This document shows, piece after piece, positions 1 through 10,591 of a stretch of 64,000 nt of DNA. The notes under the pieces are model-generated. The model was not told where the DNA came from. It made no database searches and was given only the letters and a program-made list of their open reading frames with translations. The stretch is from assembly GCA_023426935.1 (NCBI GenBank), contig JAEZBR010000071.1, forward strand, positions 12,859-76,858. The letters run 5' to 3'. The first letter of the stretch is position 1. Each line of letters starts with the position of its first letter. This DNA comes from Bacillota bacterium (GTDB taxonomy: Bacteria; Bacillota_I; Bacilli_A; Erysipelotrichales; Erysipelotrichaceae). A program made the translations under genes and the position numbers.

Positions 1-1673
1 ATGAACGGGAAGAAAAATTCGCGTCTGAGTTTATGTATGAATTAACGCCAGATCAAACTAAAGCGGTGCAAGAGATTAAAGAAGATATGGAAAGCAATAA
101 ACCGATGGATCGATTATTATGCGGCGATGTCGGATTCGGTAAGACGGAAGTGGCAATCAGATGTGCTTATAAAGCGGTCAAAGATCATAAACAGGTAGCG
201 CTACTATGTCCGACAACAATCCTTTCACGCCAGCATTATCTGACCTTTACCGCGAGGTTCCAAGGCTATCCGGTAAAGATTGCGTTGATGAATCGTTTTG
301 TCGAAGCGTCGAAACAAAAACAAATTTTAGAACAATTACGGGAAGGCAAGATTGATATTTTAATTGGAACCCACCGGTTGTTATCGGGTGATATTCAATT
401 TAAAGATCTGGGCTTTTTGATTATCGATGAAGAACAGCGATTCGGTGTGGAAAGTAAAGAGAAAATCAAGGAATTAAGACAGGGAATTGACGTACTATCA
501 CTAAGCGCGACCCCGATTCCGCGAACGCTACAGATGTCTTTGATTGGAGTAAGATCGTTATCTCAGCTTGATACGGCTCCGAATGAAAGGATGCCGGTAC
601 AGACTTATGTGATTGAGAAGAATAACGGTATTATTAAAGAGGTTATTTCCCGGGAATTATCCCGAAACGGCCAGGTTTTTTATCTGTTTAATGATGTAAT
701 GCATATTTATGAAATGGCAAACCGGATCCGAAAATTAGTTCCGGACGCCAGAGTAGCGGTTGCCCATGGGAAAATGGCTAAGGATGAGATGGAAGACGTC
801 ATGATCAGATTTACCGATAATGAATATAATGTGTTGGTTTGCACGACAATTATTGAGAACGGAATCGATATTCCCAACGCGAACACGATGATTGTTGATC
901 GGGCCGATACTTTCGGATTGTCGCAGCTGTATCAGATTAAGGGCAGAGTCGGTCGTTCAAATAAGATTGCCTACGCTTATTTAATGTATAACGCGAAGAA
1001 ACAACTTTCGGAAGTTGCGACCAAGCGACTGAATTCGATTAAAGATTTTACCCAGTTAGGCAGTGGCTATAAAATTGCGATGCGGGATCTTTCAATTCGG
1101 GGAGCCGGGGATTTATTAGGCTCTAGGCAGGCAGGATTTATTAATACGGTGGGAATGGATATGTATGTCAGTATGTTACAGGAAGCAATCTATAACCGCA
1201 AAGGAATTCAAATGCCTAAGGAAGAAGAAGTCGTGCCCCGAGCAAGGATTGGGGTTGATGGATATATTCCTCAAGAATTTGCGCGTAAGGATTATGAGAA
1301 GATTCATCTATATCAACGAATTGAAAAAGCGGATACGACTTTTCAGCTAGATAAATTAGAAAAAGAAGTCGTGGATCGTTATGGACATAAGCCTAAAGCG
1401 GTAGAATTATTATTCGAGAAACGGCGTTTAGATATTTTAGCTGATAATCCAAAGATCCAAACGATCCGGGAATTAAATAATTATGTCGAGATCGTTTTTA
1501 CCAAGGAATGGTGTTTGAATGTCGACGGTGTTCGCTTCTTTGAGACGATTTCGAAGATTTCTTTAGATATAAAAATGAAGTATCTCAAAGGTTCAATTGT
1601 ACTAAGTGTTCCAAAGAAAAATGATTGGTTGATTATCGCAAATCAGATTCTAGAGAAAGTGAAAAAGTTATAA
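1..1673 (+). CDS. mfd: Transcription-repair coupling factor Mfd, C-terminal ~555 aa (5' end lies upstream of the window)
   Basis: Frame is open from nt 3. TPDQ motif, Walker [19 protein letters not shown] box, SATPIPRTL and a C-terminal TRCF-type domain. Confidence 0.92.
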   Translation, partial: EREEKFASEFMYELTPDQTKAVQEIKEDMESNKPMDRLLCGDVGFGKTEVAIRCAYKAVKDHKQVALLCPTTILSRQHYLTFTARFQGYPVKIALMNRFVEASKQKQILEQLREGKIDILIGTHRLLSGDIQFKDLGFLIIDEEQRFGVESKEKIKELRQGIDVLSLSATPIPRTLQMSLIGVRSLSQLDTAPNERMPVQTYVIEKNNGIIKEVISRELSRNGQVFYLFNDVMHIYEMANRIRKLVPDARVAVAHGKMAKDEMEDVMIRFTDNEYNVLVCTTIIENGIDIPNANTMIVDRADTFGLSQLYQIKGRVGRSNKIAYAYLMYNAKKQLSEVATKRLNSIKDFTQLGSGYKIAMRDLSIRGAGDLLGSRQAGFINTVGMDMYVSMLQEAIYNRKGIQMPKEEEVVPRARIGVDGYIPQEFARKDYEKIHLYQRIEKADTTFQLDKLEKEVVDRYGHKPKAVELLFEKRRLDILADNPKIQTIRELNNYVEIVFTKEWCLNVDGVRFFETISKISLDIKMKYLKGSIVLSVPKKNDWLIIANQILEKVKKL

Positions 1674-1674
1674 A

Positions 1675-1700
1675 AACCTTCTAAGTTTATTTAGAAGGTC
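1675..1700. terminator. Hairpin between convergent mfd and the small minus-strand ORF
   Basis: aaccttctaa / ttagaaggt stem with a 6-nt loop, directly after the mfd stop. Confidence 0.5.
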
Positions 1701-1714
1701 ATGGGTTTTGAGTT

Positions 1715-1945
1715 TTACTTCTTGCTCGTAAACATTTTGCCGACACTGTCAATTACCGATTTAGCTTGATCAGCGGTAATCTTTGCTTTAATCGTACTGA
1801 TTAGAGCATTAATCTGATCGTCGGGTAAATCGATATTGAAGGTCTTCTCTAAGGTCTTTACTGGATCTTTGGTAAAAGAACTTAGCAGTTCAGGATCGTC
1901 CTGAATCTTTTTAATAATTTTTGTCGCTTCTTTTTTAATATCCAT
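1715..1945 (-). CDS. Small (76 aa) lysine-rich helical protein, unknown function
   Basis: ORF-track frame. Start moved to the internal ATG at 1945 (MDIKKE...) because GGAAAGGGG lies 6 nt upstream. No family recognised. Confidence 0.5.
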   Translation of the reverse strand: MDIKKEATKIIKKIQDDPELLSSFTKDPVKTLEKTFNIDLPDDQINALISTIKAKITADQAKSVIDSVGKMFTSKK

Positions 1946-2039
1946 ATAATTCCCCTTTCCTAGGGACATTATAACCTTAAATTCAGCCACTGTTCATACA
2001 GATTAAAAAAAACATGCTAAACTAGTAACGAGGTAAACT

Positions 2040-2312
2040 ATGCGCTTAGACAAGTTTTTGAAAGTATCCAGAATCTTAAAAAGGAGGACGGTATCCAAGG
2101 AATTAGCGGATAACGGTCGGATTTTAGTTAACGGTCGTTTGGCGAAACCAGCTACGACAATAAAAGTTGGCGATCAAATCGAAGTTGTTTTCGGTTATCG
2201 TCATCTGACGGTAAAAGTTCTTTCAATCGAAAACGACATTCATAAGAAAGATGCGGATTCTTTATATGAAGTAATTGCGCAAAGTGATATGACCCCTAAG
2301 GAGGAAAAATGA
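2040..2312 (+). CDS. rqcP: S4-domain RNA-binding protein, YabO/RqcP (Hsp15-like) type
   Basis: MRLDKFLKVSRILKRRT... S4 motif, ~90 aa. Position between mfd and divIC as in Bacillus. GAGG RBS. Confidence 0.8.
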   Translation: MRLDKFLKVSRILKRRTVSKELADNGRILVNGRLAKPATTIKVGDQIEVVFGYRHLTVKVLSIENDIHKKDADSLYEVIAQSDMTPKEEK

Positions 2313-2623
2313 CTACTTCCAAACCTAAAAAGAAAAGAATGAAGCCAATCTTTACTTTTCTGATTTGTATCGTTTTATTAGGAGCTTCCGTATTCTTTAT
2401 CTATAACACGATTAAAGAAGGCGTGACAACCTATACCTTACAGGTCGATATCAGTCAAGCGAAGAAAGAATTGGAAGCTTTAAAAGCCGAGAATGAGTCT
2501 CTAGCCGATCAGAAGGAAAAGTTACAAGATACCAACTATGTGGAAAATTATGCCCGCGGAGAGTTTATGATTACCAAGGAAGGCGAACAGGTATACCATT
2601 TACCGGCTACCGAAAATAAGTAA
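2309..2623 (+). CDS. divIC: Septum formation initiator, FtsB/DivIC family
   Basis: One N-terminal TM helix followed by a coiled coil (LEALKAENESLADQKEKLQD). ATGA overlap with rqcP. Conserved synteny. Confidence 0.7.
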   Translation: MTTSKPKKKRMKPIFTFLICIVLLGASVFFIYNTIKEGVTTYTLQVDISQAKKELEALKAENESLADQKEKLQDTNYVENYARGEFMITKEGEQVYHLPATENK

Positions 2624-2685
2624 GCAGATATATGGTTATTTTTTCACAATTGTAATATTATTAGTACGCAAAAAGGAGAAAAAAG

Positions 2686-4254
2686 ATGGTTAAGAAACCG
2701 GTTCTATTAGTAGTAATGGATGGCATGGGATTGAGTGATTCGGATTATGGCAATGCGGTAAAGAACGCTTATACCCCGACTTTGGATAAATTAATGGCGG
2801 ATTGTCCGCATACTTCTTTGAAAGCTTCAGGGTTAGCGGTAGGATTACCGAGTGATAAGGATATGGGTAATTCCGAAGTCGGACACAATGCATTAGGCTG
2901 TGGCCAGATCTATTCGCAAGGTGCGAAGTTAGTCAATGAGTCGATTATTTCCGGGGAAATATATCAATCCGAGACCTGGAAAAAACTGGCAGCCAATGCC
3001 AAGGATCATACGATGCATTTCATCGGATTATTAAGTGATGGAAATGTTCATTCTCATATTTCACATTTAAAAGCGATGATCAAAGAATGTAAAAAAGAAG
3101 GGATTAAGCGAGTCAGAGTTCATATTCTGTTAGATGGCAGAGATACACCGGAAACTTCGGCGTTAACTTATGTCGATGATTTAGAGAATGAATTAAACGA
3201 GTTAAACGACGATAGCTTTGACGGTAAGATCGCTTCCGGTGGCGGAAGAATGGTCATTACGATGGATCGTTATGAAGCAAATTGGGATATGGTTTCCAAA
3301 GGCTGGGCAATTCATGTTGAAGGAAAAGGAAGACAATTTAGTAATGCGAGAGAAGCGATTGAGACTTATCGGAAAGAATTAAACGTTATTGACCAAGATT
3401 TACCGGGTTTCGTAATTGCTCAGAATGGTAAACCGGTCGGAACTATTGAAGATAACGATTCGGTCATTCTCTTCAATTTCAGAGGTGACAGAGCTTTAGA
3501 AATCTCCAAAGCGTTCGAACATGAGGATTTACCGCAGATTAAACGGGAAAAGTTCCCACATGTTCTCTATGCCGGAATGTTACAATACGACGGAGATTTG
3601 AAAATTCCGACAATGTTCTTAGTAAATCCGCCGAAGATCAAATATACGATGTCAGAATTATTGGTTAAGGACGGAATCAGTTCCTATGCCATTTCCGAAA
3701 CTCAGAAATTTGGACATGTAACTTACTTCTGGAACGGCAACCGCTCGGAAAAATTCTCGGATACGTTAGAGACCTGGGAAGAAGTTAAATCCGATGTTGT
3801 ACCGTTTGAACAGCGTCCATGGATGAAAGGTGCCGAGATTACCGATGAATTAATCAAAGCAATGCATGCCGGAAAGTATGATTTCTTAAGAACGAATTAT
3901 CCTAATGGCGATATGGTCGGACATACTGGCAATTATCAAGCGACAATTATTGGTGTCGAAACGGTAGATCTTTGCTTAGGAAGACTATTAAAAGCGGCTG
4001 ATGAGACTAATACGACGGTCTTAATCGTAGCGGATCATGGCAATGCGGATGAAATGTACGAAAAGAAGAAAAATCCGAATGATGCACCTAAAGCTAAGAC
4101 CTCCCATACTTTGAATAAAGTTCCGTTCATCATTTATAACGGTGACGTAACAATCAAGGAAGGAGACTTCGGACTGGCGAATGTCGCAGCGACCGTAGTT
4201 AAACTATTGGGCCTAGAACCGGATTCGCATTGGTTAGAAGCTATTATTAAGTGA
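2686..4254 (+). CDS. gpmI: 2,3-bisphosphoglycerate-independent phosphoglycerate mutase
   Basis: MDGMG, MGNSEVGHNALG and ADHGNAD motifs, ~520 aa, strong AGGAG RBS. Confidence 0.95.
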   Translation: MVKKPVLLVVMDGMGLSDSDYGNAVKNAYTPTLDKLMADCPHTSLKASGLAVGLPSDKDMGNSEVGHNALGCGQIYSQGAKLVNESIISGEIYQSETWKKLAANAKDHTMHFIGLLSDGNVHSHISHLKAMIKECKKEGIKRVRVHILLDGRDTPETSALTYVDDLENELNELNDDSFDGKIASGGGRMVITMDRYEANWDMVSKGWAIHVEGKGRQFSNAREAIETYRKELNVIDQDLPGFVIAQNGKPVGTIEDNDSVILFNFRGDRALEISKAFEHEDLPQIKREKFPHVLYAGMLQYDGDLKIPTMFLVNPPKIKYTMSELLVKDGISSYAISETQKFGHVTYFWNGNRSEKFSDTLETWEEVKSDVVPFEQRPWMKGAEITDELIKAMHAGKYDFLRTNYPNGDMVGHTGNYQATIIGVETVDLCLGRLLKAADETNTTVLIVADHGNADEMYEKKKNPNDAPKAKTSHTLNKVPFIIYNGDVTIKEGDFGLANVAATVVKLLGLEPDSHWLEAIIK

Positions 4255-4727
4255 AAAAATTTATCTGTATCTTTCTTATCATCGGAATCTTAGCCGGATG
4301 TGATCAGAAGAGTAAACCGGAAACGATGACTTGTATTTATGAGAATCAAGAAGTCGGTAATTCTAAAGAGATTTCCTTCGTCTACGAAGATGAAAAGATC
4401 ACGCAGATTACGGTCTTGATTAAAGTCGATGTATCCAGTGGTAAGCAAGGATCCTTAAAAGAAGTATTGAAGAAGATGCAGGATGCCTCGCCATATTACA
4501 CCACGGTAGTGGAAGGGTTGGAATATGCCTTCACTTCCCAGAATACCTTGATTGAAGAAACGATTAAAGTCGATTTGACTAAGATAAGTCTGTACAAGTT
4601 AAAAAAATTGAATCTGTTTCCGGAAGCTTTGCTTAACGGCGATGATTCGGGATTCTCAATCAAACCGGAGGATTATCAAGCTTACTTGGAAAAAGAAGAA
4701 TTCTCGGGAACTTGCGAATTAAAGTAA
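4251..4727 (+). CDS. Putative lipoprotein (possibly YehR/DUF1307-like)
   Basis: GTG start overlapping the gpmI stop (GTGA). Signal peptide ending in lipobox LAGC. Confidence 0.6.
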   Translation: MKKFICIFLIIGILAGCDQKSKPETMTCIYENQEVGNSKEISFVYEDEKITQITVLIKVDVSSGKQGSLKEVLKKMQDASPYYTTVVEGLEYAFTSQNTLIEETIKVDLTKISLYKLKKLNLFPEALLNGDDSGFSIKPEDYQAYLEKEEFSGTCELK

Positions 4728-4731
4728 CAAC

Positions 4732-4780
4732 AAAAGGCTGTAAATACCTAATCATTATTCAGGCTATTTACAGCCTTTTT
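4732..4780. terminator. Bidirectional rho-independent terminator
   Basis: 15-bp stem aaaaggctgtaaata / tatttacagcctttt flanked by A- and T-runs, between convergent genes. Confidence 0.75.
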
Positions 4781-4862
4781 GTTAGCTTATTACGAGAATG
4801 TTTAGCACTGATAAAATATGTAAGCACTCCCTAAATATTCCGTTGGGAAGTATTTCGGTTCT

Positions 4863-5237
4863 TTATCTTTCGGGGTAATTTTTGGCAAAATTTTTGATTG
4901 CTTTAAAAGATTTATCGGAGATCACATGTTCGATTCGGCAAGCATCTTCGGTAGCCGTTTTATCATCGACGCCTAAGCGTTCCAACAGTTTCGATAGGGT
5001 GACATGACGATCATAAATCTTATTGGCTAAGGTTTTCCCTTTGGTGGTAAACGTGATATATCCGTTATCGTCGACGAGAATATAACCATCAGCTTTAAGG
5101 ATTCCTACGGCTCTGGAAACACTGGGTTTGGAATAATTCATTGTTTCCGCCAGATCTAAAGAACGGACATGAGGCATTTTCTTAAATAGTAATAGAAGGG
5201 TTTCTAAATACATTTCTCCCGATTCGAATAATGGCAT
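4863..5237 (-). CDS. DtxR/MntR-family metal-dependent transcriptional regulator (short form)
   Basis: N-terminal winged HTH (SLDLAETMNYSKPSVSRAV) and the RIEH motif of the dimerisation/metal domain. Confidence 0.75.
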   Translation of the reverse strand: MPLFESGEMYLETLLLLFKKMPHVRSLDLAETMNYSKPSVSRAVGILKADGYILVDDNGYITFTTKGKTLANKIYDRHVTLSKLLERLGVDDKTATEDACRIEHVISDKSFKAIKNFAKNYPER

Positions 5238-5288
5238 CGTTGAGCACCTCCATTTGTAGAATATTATATAGCGAATTAGATTAAATAA

Positions 5289-7523
5289 TTATTGTTTGTA
5301 CCATAAGCGATTCATTACTTCGCGGACTTCTTGAGCTGTTTCGGTGGTAAAGACCAGGTGAAAATTTGTAATACCCAGTGCTTTTAACGAGGGTAGATCT
5401 GTGATTCGATCAAAAGGTTTTTCAGGCAAAAGATGTTGGAAACAGTCCTTATCAAATAACAAGGGATAGGTTTCTTTATCTGATTGTAAGGAGAAACGGT
5501 GAAGTTTACATAAGCCGCAGTGTTTTTGCTGATCCTTAGATAGATAAGTATTTGGAGCACAGTACTTTGTGACCATAAGATCTTTACGGCCATAAATTCG
5601 ATAAATTAGATTTGGCTCGCAATGGTAAATATCTTTATAACCTTGAATTAAAGCTCCAATCTCGGGATCGGATAGTTCCGAAGACAGTTCAACCGCGGTA
5701 CAACCCAGGTCTAGGAAAAATCTGACTGCGTATTGATTAGTGATGTTTAGATAGAGGCTCGCGTATTTGCGTTTGATGAGTAAGGAAGCTTCACCAGGTT
5801 CGTTCACGTAAGCTAATTTTAGATTCGGGAACGACTGATCTTCGTTGACTCGGGGCATTTCCATTCCCAGTTCTGGATTATTAACCAAGAGGGTTGGATC
5901 AGAAGTAAACAAAGTCACCTTATAATCTTTCAGTACTTCGAATTGTTCCGCGGTTTGGAAAGAGACATGAATTGATTTAGTTGTGATGGTCTTATACTCG
6001 ATGAACTTATAATCAAGTAATGTAATCTCCGGTTTCGCAATTAGACGTTGCTGCAAGCGTTCTAGAATTCTTCGACGCATATCATTGATTCTAGATACCG
6101 GTACAAAGACATTCTTCTCGGCGTCGATTTTTATCGGGGAGAAGTAGTAGGGGGTATCTTTAGTTTTTCCTAACTGGTCATACCATTCCTGCTGCGTAAG
6201 AACATGATTTTTCGCTTCTTCTAATTTAATAATATCAGACATAACTAAGACGATTGACTTGTAGGTGGCAGTCATGCGCAAGGGCATACCGACTTTCGCT
6301 TTGACTGAAAGCTCAACCGCTTCATACCTAGGGGGTAACTTATCCAAGGAAGTCAATTGTAAAGAAGAACTGGTAAGTCTAACTTCACTGCCGACTTTAA
6401 CTGGTAAGTCATAATCGAACGACACTTTTTCATGAGAATTGGCGCTATTAACTAATTTACCTTTTAGATAGATCTTATTGGCGACCAGCCCTTGATCGGG
6501 TTGTCCGAGAATTCTTAAACCATCTCCTTGGTGAAGAGATTCTTGAAGAAGGATGGTTATCTGACTGGAGTTCTTCTCAACAACATGTCCTAGGAGAATT
6601 CCCTGATGATTAGGTCTTTCCGGATTCATCAGATCTAAGCCGCGGCTTGAGAAGATATGTCCGGAAGTGAAACCGCGATTAAACAGTAATGCCGCATCTT
6701 TTTGATCGGGAGTAAAGGCTTCATGATTACTGGCCGCATCGATTGCTTGTCGATATTGTTTGGTGATAAAAGCCACATATTCAGGCCGTTTCATGCGTCC
6801 TTCAATCTTCCAACAGTCTGCGGAAAGACTTAATAACGCTGAAACTCTATCGATAGTATATAAATCTTTAGGGCTTAAGAGATATTCACCGGGGGTCACG
6901 ACTTGATTACCGTCCTGTAATAATTTATAGGGTAAACGACAGGGCTGAGCACAAGATCCCCGATTTCCACTGCGATTTCCGTTTTCTGAACTAAGATAGC
7001 ATTGGCCGGAGTAACAAACACACAAAGCACCATAGACGAAGATCTCCGTCTCAATCGGTTCTTTTGCCAAGCTAAGAACTTGCTGATATTCGGTTTCTCT
7101 GGCTAGGACTACTCGCGTAAAGCCTAAATTCTCGAGTAACTTTACACTTTCTAAATTGTGGATATACATCTGGGTAGAAGCGTGTAATGCTAGTTGAGGA
7201 AGACGCTTTCTAAGTAACAGAGCTAAGCCAAAATCTTGAATCAGAACTCCGTCGATTCCCGCCTTAGCTAAGAATAGGGCGTCATCTAAGGCGTCGTCTA
7301 ACTCCTGGGGGAGAATTATAATATTGAGGGTGGCATATACTTTAACTCCGTATTGGTGAGCGTAGTTAATTGCTTCATTAATTTGGTCACGGGAAAAATT
7401 ATCGGCGTATGATCGAGCGCCGAATCTTTGTAAGCCCAAATATACCGCATCGGCACCGGCTTTAATCGCTGCTTCCAAAGCAGCTCTATTACCGGCGGGG
7501 GCTAATAACTCAGGTTTGTTCAT
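5289..7523 (-). CDS. Peptidase U32 family protein, long two-module form (744 aa)
   Basis: PELLAPAG N-terminus. Conserved Cys motif CVCYSGQC...GSCAQPCR. EGRMKRPEYV motif. Second partial U32-like module at the C-terminus. Confidence 0.85.
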   Translation of the reverse strand: MNKPELLAPAGNRAALEAAIKAGADAVYLGLQRFGARSYADNFSRDQINEAINYAHQYGVKVYATLNIIILPQELDDALDDALFLAKAGIDGVLIQDFGLALLLRKRLPQLALHASTQMYIHNLESVKLLENLGFTRVVLARETEYQQVLSLAKEPIETEIFVYGALCVCYSGQCYLSSENGNRSGNRGSCAQPCRLPYKLLQDGNQVVTPGEYLLSPKDLYTIDRVSALLSLSADCWKIEGRMKRPEYVAFITKQYRQAIDAASNHEAFTPDQKDAALLFNRGFTSGHIFSSRGLDLMNPERPNHQGILLGHVVEKNSSQITILLQESLHQGDGLRILGQPDQGLVANKIYLKGKLVNSANSHEKVSFDYDLPVKVGSEVRLTSSSLQLTSLDKLPPRYEAVELSVKAKVGMPLRMTATYKSIVLVMSDIIKLEEAKNHVLTQQEWYDQLGKTKDTPYYFSPIKIDAEKNVFVPVSRINDMRRRILERLQQRLIAKPEITLLDYKFIEYKTITTKSIHVSFQTAEQFEVLKDYKVTLFTSDPTLLVNNPELGMEMPRVNEDQSFPNLKLAYVNEPGEASLLIKRKYASLYLNITNQYAVRFFLDLGCTAVELSSELSDPEIGALIQGYKDIYHCEPNLIYRIYGRKDLMVTKYCAPNTYLSKDQQKHCGLCKLHRFSLQSDKETYPLLFDKDCFQHLLPEKPFDRITDLPSLKALGITNFHLVFTTETAQEVREVMNRLWYKQ

Positions 7524-8329
7524 TCTTCGCTACTAGGTCCTAAATAAACCTGCAATTCATAAGCCTGGGTAGCTTTATCATAAATATTATTCAGCAATTG
7601 GCTTTCAATAATTAGGGGATCTTTTAATTGAAGATCCTTTATGCCATAAAGCAGCTTTTCCCAACAAGCAGTCTTGCTAGCTTCGTTATAGGTAATGCAG
7701 AGATAGTTTCCGCCGGGAATGTGGGTAATTCCCTTATTTGGGGTCTGATAGTCTAAAATAATGGCTTTATAAAGGGAAACTTGTTGTACTTGGTTGTTAA
7801 TAATTTTATAAATAGCGCCAGATTCGAAGGTCGTTTTTAGATTATTTTCTCTGATTGCCAGTTCGAGTTTTTCTCTTTGCTTAACGTAGCGGTTATTAAC
7901 GGAAGTAGGTAAAAGCGGAGAATTCATAATATCGCGGTCGGCTATTTCCCGTTGATAAAGACTCTTGGTCTTAGTTAGATATTCGCCGGTCGCAATCTTT
8001 TCTTGGATATTCTCAATATCGACAAGGTTAAGTTTCAAATCATCAATTTGAGAAGTCATTCGAGTCGATAATACTTCTAAAAAATCTTTAAAGGTGGACA
8101 TTTTATGAGAATTGATGATTTCCGACAATTCTTCTAAAGATAGATTTATTTTCTTAGCGAAACTAATGATATCGAAAATAAAAAGTTGGCTTTGATCATA
8201 ATACCGATACTTAGTATCTTCGTTAACAACTCTAGGACGGCATAGTCCGATTTTGTCATAGTGACGTAAGGCATTGATTGTGAACCCCGTCATTTTAGAT
8301 ACTTCTCCGATTGAAAAATAAGTTCTCAT
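7520..8329 (-). CDS. MerR-family transcriptional regulator with GyrI-like effector-binding domain
   Basis: FSIGEVSKMTGFTINALRHYDKIGL HTH and a ~150-aa C-terminal ligand domain. 4-nt overlap with the U32 gene. Confidence 0.85.
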   Translation of the reverse strand: MRTYFSIGEVSKMTGFTINALRHYDKIGLCRPRVVNEDTKYRYYDQSQLFIFDIISFAKKINLSLEELSEIINSHKMSTFKDFLEVLSTRMTSQIDDLKLNLVDIENIQEKIATGEYLTKTKSLYQREIADRDIMNSPLLPTSVNNRYVKQREKLELAIRENNLKTTFESGAIYKIINNQVQQVSLYKAIILDYQTPNKGITHIPGGNYLCITYNEASKTACWEKLLYGIKDLQLKDPLIIESQLLNNIYDKATQAYELQVYLGPSSEE

Positions 8330-8399
8330 AATGGTTGTAACCTCGTACTTTGAGTATAACGAACTTGGAGGGTCAATTCAACCCTAAAACACAAAATTA

Positions 8400-8918
8400 T
8401 TACCTATGAATAGAGTTTAATACTTGCTCATAAGCAATTCTAAGATCGCCGTTTTCTAGATAAATAATACCAGTTTTCTGGAATTTAAGATCGTTGAGAA
8501 GATGAATCATTGCTTTATTATCCGGATGGGTATCGATTCGGATTGCTACACAGGATAAGCTCATTGCCAGTTTGTTTGCGTAATCGAAGAAGTATTTTGC
8601 GAGATGTTGGCCTTTATAACCGTCTTTGATGGCGATTCGGTGAATTGTTACATATGGTCCGTTAGTAAGCCAGCTTCCGTTATCTATTTTAAGGTAAGTT
8701 GGTTCTAAACCGGGGATAATGCTTGCTGTACCATAGACATTTTGGCCGTTTATCAGAACATAACTTACCTTATTTTCAATATCCACCTTGAAACTATCTT
8801 CATTCGGATAGCCGTTTTGCCATTGGTCGATACCTTGTGACTTTAAATATCTCTTCGCTTCGTCAACTATTTTCATGATTTGCGGAAGATCGTCTTTTGT
8901 ACTTAACCGTACCTGCAT
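8400..8918 (-). CDS. GNAT-family N-acetyltransferase
   Basis: GNAT core (IAIKDGYKGQHLAKYFF). Start moved to ATG 8918 (MQVRL...), which has an AGGAGAG RBS upstream. Confidence 0.7.
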   Translation of the reverse strand: MQVRLSTKDDLPQIMKIVDEAKRYLKSQGIDQWQNGYPNEDSFKVDIENKVSYVLINGQNVYGTASIIPGLEPTYLKIDNGSWLTNGPYVTIHRIAIKDGYKGQHLAKYFFDYANKLAMSLSCVAIRIDTHPDNKAMIHLLNDLKFQKTGIIYLENGDLRIAYEQVLNSIHR

Positions 8919-8990
8919 GGGCCTTCTCTCCTTTATCCTTAGAAATATCATAGCACTTATATGTTATAATTATGACCATAGGTGAGCACA

Positions 8991-9611
8991 ATGGAAAAAG
9001 GTAAGTTGATTGTTTTCGAAGGATGCGATGGTTCCGGAAAGACGACGGTTAGTAAAGAGATTTCAGATAGACTGTCTAAGGCCGGTTATCCGGTTATATA
9101 TACCCGGGAACCTGGAGGCAGCGAGATTGCGGAAGAGATTCGTCATATCATCCTTAATCCGAAAAATACCGCCATGGATGTCCGGACTGAAGCCTTGTTA
9201 TATGCTGCTTCCCGAAGACAACACTTAGTAGAGACTATTATCCCCGCCATTGACCAAGGAAAAATTGTCATTAGCGATCGTTATGTAAACAGCTCCCTAG
9301 TATATCAAGGGTACGCAAGAAAGATTGGCATTGAAAAAGTTAAGACAATCAATGATTTCGCGATTGAAGGATATTCCCCCTATCGAACAATCTACTTAGA
9401 TATTGACCCCCAGGTTGGTTTAGAAAGATTAAAAGATCGAAAATATTTAGATCGCTTAGATAAAGAAGCATTAGCCTTCCACCAATTAGTTCATGAAGGC
9501 TATAAGATTGTGAATGAAACTTATAAAGATAATATCGAAATTTTCGATGCATCAAAAACAATTCCGGAAGTAGTTGAGGAAGTATATAACTATTTGGTCA
9601 AAATAATATGA
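8991..9611 (+). CDS. tmk: Thymidylate (dTMP) kinase
   Basis: FEGCDGSGKTT P-loop and DRY motif. ATG 8991 is preferred over GTG 8982 because AGGTGA lies 5 nt upstream. Confidence 0.93.
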   Translation: MEKGKLIVFEGCDGSGKTTVSKEISDRLSKAGYPVIYTREPGGSEIAEEIRHIILNPKNTAMDVRTEALLYAASRRQHLVETIIPAIDQGKIVISDRYVNSSLVYQGYARKIGIEKVKTINDFAIEGYSPYRTIYLDIDPQVGLERLKDRKYLDRLDKEALAFHQLVHEGYKIVNETYKDNIEIFDASKTIPEVVEEVYNYLVKII

Positions 9612-10591
9612 ATGAGAACTTCGCTCGCTATCAAACTACCGCCTATAAAATATTGGATCAGGATCTTAAACTGAATCGGATTTCGCATGCGTATTTATTT
9701 ACCGGACCGGCTAATGCCAAGAAGAAAGAAGCGGCGATCTTATTCGCTCAATCTTTAGTCTGTCAAAATAAAGTAAATGAATGGGCTTGTGAGAAATGTA
9801 ATGTCTGTCAAAGAATCAAGGATGGCGAATATTTAGATGTTAAGATTGTCGACGGTGCGAAAAGCACGATAAAAAAAGAAGAAATATCCAAGTTGCTTGA
9901 TTATTATTCCCAGACCGCAATGGAGAAATATGGGATTAAAGTATACATAATCAATAACTTCGAGAATATGACAATCGCTTCGATGAATGCGATCTTAAAG
10001 TTTCTCGAAGAACCTAATCAGAAGATTACGGCAATCTTATGCACCGATAATATCGATCGGGTTTTACCGACGATTGTTTCCCGATGCAAACTGATTCCGT
10101 TTAAAGCCATCGGCAGTAAAGAAGTTGAAGAGAACGCAATAAAAGCAGGCTTATCACCACTGGATGCACACTTATTGGCAGGTTATCTTGATGAAGAAAA
10201 GTTGCTTAAGAAGACCAGTGAAAGCGATGCGTACCAGAGCGCATTAACGATTTGGCTAGAATACATGGAACGCAGTTTTGAAGACCGGACCAAAGGTCAG
10301 TATTATTTGGAAGCGGAAGCGTTTAAAGGGTATGAGAAGGATAAACTGAGGAATGTGTTTACTTGGTTTATAAAGATTGGTTTAATCTTCTGTATGGATA
10401 TTTTGGAAAGGAATTCAAATTATGAACATCGGTATGATCGAACGATGGAAGAATTCTTAGTAGCCGGTTTTAGCGCAGAAGCGACGATGATGGTATTATT
10501 AAAGGGTCAGGATGACCTATTAGCGAAAGCGAACACTGCTTTGGTAATCGATCGCTTTGGCTATCTAATGAGTAAGGAGGATCGTATATGA
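9608..10591 (+). CDS. holB: DNA polymerase III delta-prime subunit
   Basis: HAYLFTGP, Cys cluster CEKCNVCQRI and SRC motif (TIVSRCKLI). ATGA overlap with tmk. Confidence 0.85.
   Translation: MNENFARYQTTAYKILDQDLKLNRISHAYLFTGPANAKKKEAAILFAQSLVCQNKVNEWACEKCNVCQRIKDGEYLDVKIVDGAKSTIKKEEISKLLDYYSQTAMEKYGIKVYIINNFENMTIASMNAILKFLEEPNQKITAILCTDNIDRVLPTIVSRCKLIPFKAIGSKEVEENAIKAGLSPLDAHLLAGYLDEEKLLKKTSESDAYQSALTIWLEYMERSFEDRTKGQYYLEAEAFKGYEKDKLRNVFTWFIKIGLIFCMDILERNSNYEHRYDRTMEEFLVAGFSAEATMMVLLKGQDDLLAKANTALVIDRFGYLMSKEDRI

Noticed and set aside
1165-1350. 61-aa same-strand ORF nested in mfd. Similar short nested ORFs occur at 9010-9228, 32668-33028 and 55480-55743.
   Set aside because: They are alternative frames inside well-supported genes, with no independent start signals.
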